Assembly (NCBI RefSeq): GCF_018977255.1
Contig: NW_024704753.1
Location: forward strand, 7,812,001 to 7,876,000
Source: Callorhinchus milii
Taxonomy: Eukaryota
Length of the DNA: 64,000 nucleotides
Reading direction: 5' to 3'
The position numbers and the translations under genes were made by a program. Shown here piece by piece: positions 61,818 to 64,000 of this stretch. The number at the start of each line of letters is the position of its first letter. Position 1 is the first letter of the stretch. The notes beneath the pieces are model-generated. The model made no database searches. It worked only from the letters and a program-made list of their open reading frames with translations, and had not been told where the DNA came from.

Positions 61818-62062
61818 TCAGGGCAACTTGCTTCGAAAAAGAAAACGACTCAAATTATACTCTGTTGCCTGTAGATCCAACCCTACAGAATGGCAACACC
61901 TATACATTTCCTTTCCTTAAGAAAGGTTTAGACTGACTCAACACAAGGTATCAGATATAGATATAGGCCGCTGCTTCATCTTGCACTTATTCATCAATGT
62001 TTTTCTGTCAAACCGGATTAGCTGTAATGGAACAGATGCTCATATTTAAAAGCACCTGTTAT

Positions 62063-62743
62063 TCATAGAATCATAGAATTATACAGTACAGAAAGAGGTC
62101 ATTCACCCATCGTGTCCATGCAGGCTCTTTGAAAGAGCTATCCAAATTAATCTCACTCTTCCGCTCTCTCCCCATAGCCCTGCAAATTTATCCTCCCCAA
62201 ATATCTATCTACTTCTCTCTTGAAAGTTACTATCAAATCGGCTTCCATCACCCTTTCAGGCAATGCATTCCAGATCTGAACTGTGTGAAAACATTTCTCC
62301 TCACCTCCCCTTTGGTTCTTTTTAGCAACAATTTTAAACCTGTGTCCTCTGATTACCGATCCACCCGCCAGTGGAAACAGTTTCTCCCTGTTCACCCTAT
62401 CGAATCCCTTCATAATTTTGAACCACTCTATTAAATCTCGCTCTTAACCTTCTCTGCTCCAAGGAGAATAATCCCAGCTTCTCCAGCCTCTCCTCAAAAC
62501 TGAAGTTCCTCATTCCTGGTATTATCCTGGTAAATCTCCTCTGCACCCTCTCCAATGCCTTGACATCCTTACTAAAGTGTGATGCCCAGAACTGAACACC
62601 GTCTCTAGCTGAGGCCTAACCAGTGTTTTATAAAGGTTCATCATAATCTCCTTATGGTTGTATTCTATGCCCCTATTTATAAAGCCAAGTATCCCTTATG
62701 CTCTTTTAACAGCTTTATCTACCTGTCCTGCCACCTTCAAAGA
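62063..62743 (-). mobile_element. CR1 LINE, 5'-truncated
   Basis: [27 protein letters not shown]...IWNALPERVMEAD...QGYGERA with a ttctatga tail. Confidence 0.93.
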
Positions 62744-63364
62744 CGCAGAAAATATTGAACAAACCTTTTTTTGTAAGTTAGGACCCCCAATGGAGAGCAC
62801 AAACAATTTCCAATTTCAGTTTATTCAAATATATATATATTTTTAATAAACATTAGATAGAAAATATCTGTGTTCTAAAATCATAAAAATCACAAAGCTG
62901 ACAGATCAAGGCAAAGACAATTCTACATTTCTATTCATAGTACCCCAACACTACATAAGAGAGTACTACACAACAAGCATAGCAAAGAAACCTGTCAAAA
63001 GAAACTTGCCTTCTTATTCTTGTCAGGTTACATCCTCCCCACATCATTCACAGCTGCGAAGCTCTCAAGAAGCAACAAAGACTTCAATCCAGAAACAGAA
63101 TGAAAATAATTTCATGGAAACTGAAGAAAACATTAAGGCTGATGGAGGGAAAAATGTGGAGAAACATTGATAAATAATAAAGGAAGCTGATGGCACTTTA
63201 TATTTGTTACCAGAAAATTTTGTTACCAGCAAATGTCAAGTTGCCAAGGAATCCATTACGTTTGTAAAATGTTCAAGTTTTCAAATTTCTGTGTGCACTA
63301 TAAATCTAGTTGGTTGGCTATGCAGAAATTTAACAAATGTATTTTCCATTGTGCACCTTATTAT

Positions 63365-64000
63365 CAGAATGTCTGCTCCATCTCAAATAAAGCTCTTACA
63401 ATCCACAACCTTATCCTGGAAGAGCAAATAGACATTCTCAGGCTCACAGAAACCTGGCTCTCCCCGGTGACCCCATCCCCCTTGTCAAAACCTCCCCCCC
63501 CAGTTACACTTCTCACCACACTCCCCCCACCCCAACCAATGCGGCAGGGTGGCCCTCATCTCCAAAACCTCCCTTGGTCTATCCCCCTACTCCTCTGGCT
63601 GTTTCCCCTCTTTTGAGCACCTCACCCTCTACCATCCCTCCTCTGTCTCCTTCAAAATTCTCCTAGTTTCCCACCCCCTCCAGAACCTCCTAGCTCTTTC
63701 CTTGTGGATATCTCCTGTCTTCTCTCATCCCTGTCCCTCTGCAAAAAAAGCCTGCTCATAATGGGCGATTTCAATCCTCACCTCAATTCTCCCTGCCCCA
63801 TCTCCTCTGACGTTCCCGCTGTCCTCTCCACCCTAAACCTCACTCTCCACGTAAACTCCCCGCCCCACAACTGTGGCCACCCTCTCGACCTCGTCATCAT
63901 CCATGGCCTAGACATTTCTGATCTGACCATCACACACAAGGTCATCTCAGACCACTTCCTCATCTCCTTTTCCTCTCACATTATCCTCCCCTTTTCCAAG
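63365..64000 (+). pseudogene. Degenerate L2 ORF2 AP-endonuclease domain, running off the window
   Basis: QNVCSISNK...IDILRLTETWL, then in shifted frames VALI, SFEHL, LIMGDFNPH, GHPLDLVI and SDHFLI. These are APE-type endonuclease motifs in C-rich, L2-like sequence. Confidence 0.88.

Noticed and set aside
61620-61874. ORF spanning X residues
   Set aside because: It is an artefact of the N gap.

Overview
This is AT-rich, repeat-dense, non-coding vertebrate DNA (intergenic or a large intron). I found no protein-coding host gene that I can recognise. The repeats are many CR1 and L2 LINE fragments, an abundant tRNA-derived SINE with an L2-type tail, and old Deu-domain SINEs. This mix points to a cartilaginous fish, probably a chimaera such as Callorhinchus milii (inferred from repeat types, not verified). 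Every ORF I can assign belongs to a LINE remnant (L2 reverse transcriptase 6.7-8.5 kb, L2 endonuclease 63.4-64 kb, CR1 C-termini) or is a minisatellite/SINE artefact. I see no evidence of a new multi-gene system. The most notable observations concern transposon biology: (i) three related non-autonomous Helitron-like elements with TC...CTAG ends and a subterminal hairpin; (ii) a 1.8-kb element with subterminal inverted repeats that carries a minisatellite (HINE/DINE-1-like or MITE-like); (iii) an unclassified ~550-bp dispersed repeat with fixed ends; (iv) a loop change in the SINE 3' stem-loop that matches the young L2 family; (v) two locally templated insertions; (vi) several nested insertions with readable TSDs; and (vii) a few orphan exon-like segments plus an RFX X-box. 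There is an assembly gap at 61647-61817. Boundaries of old repeats are approximate.
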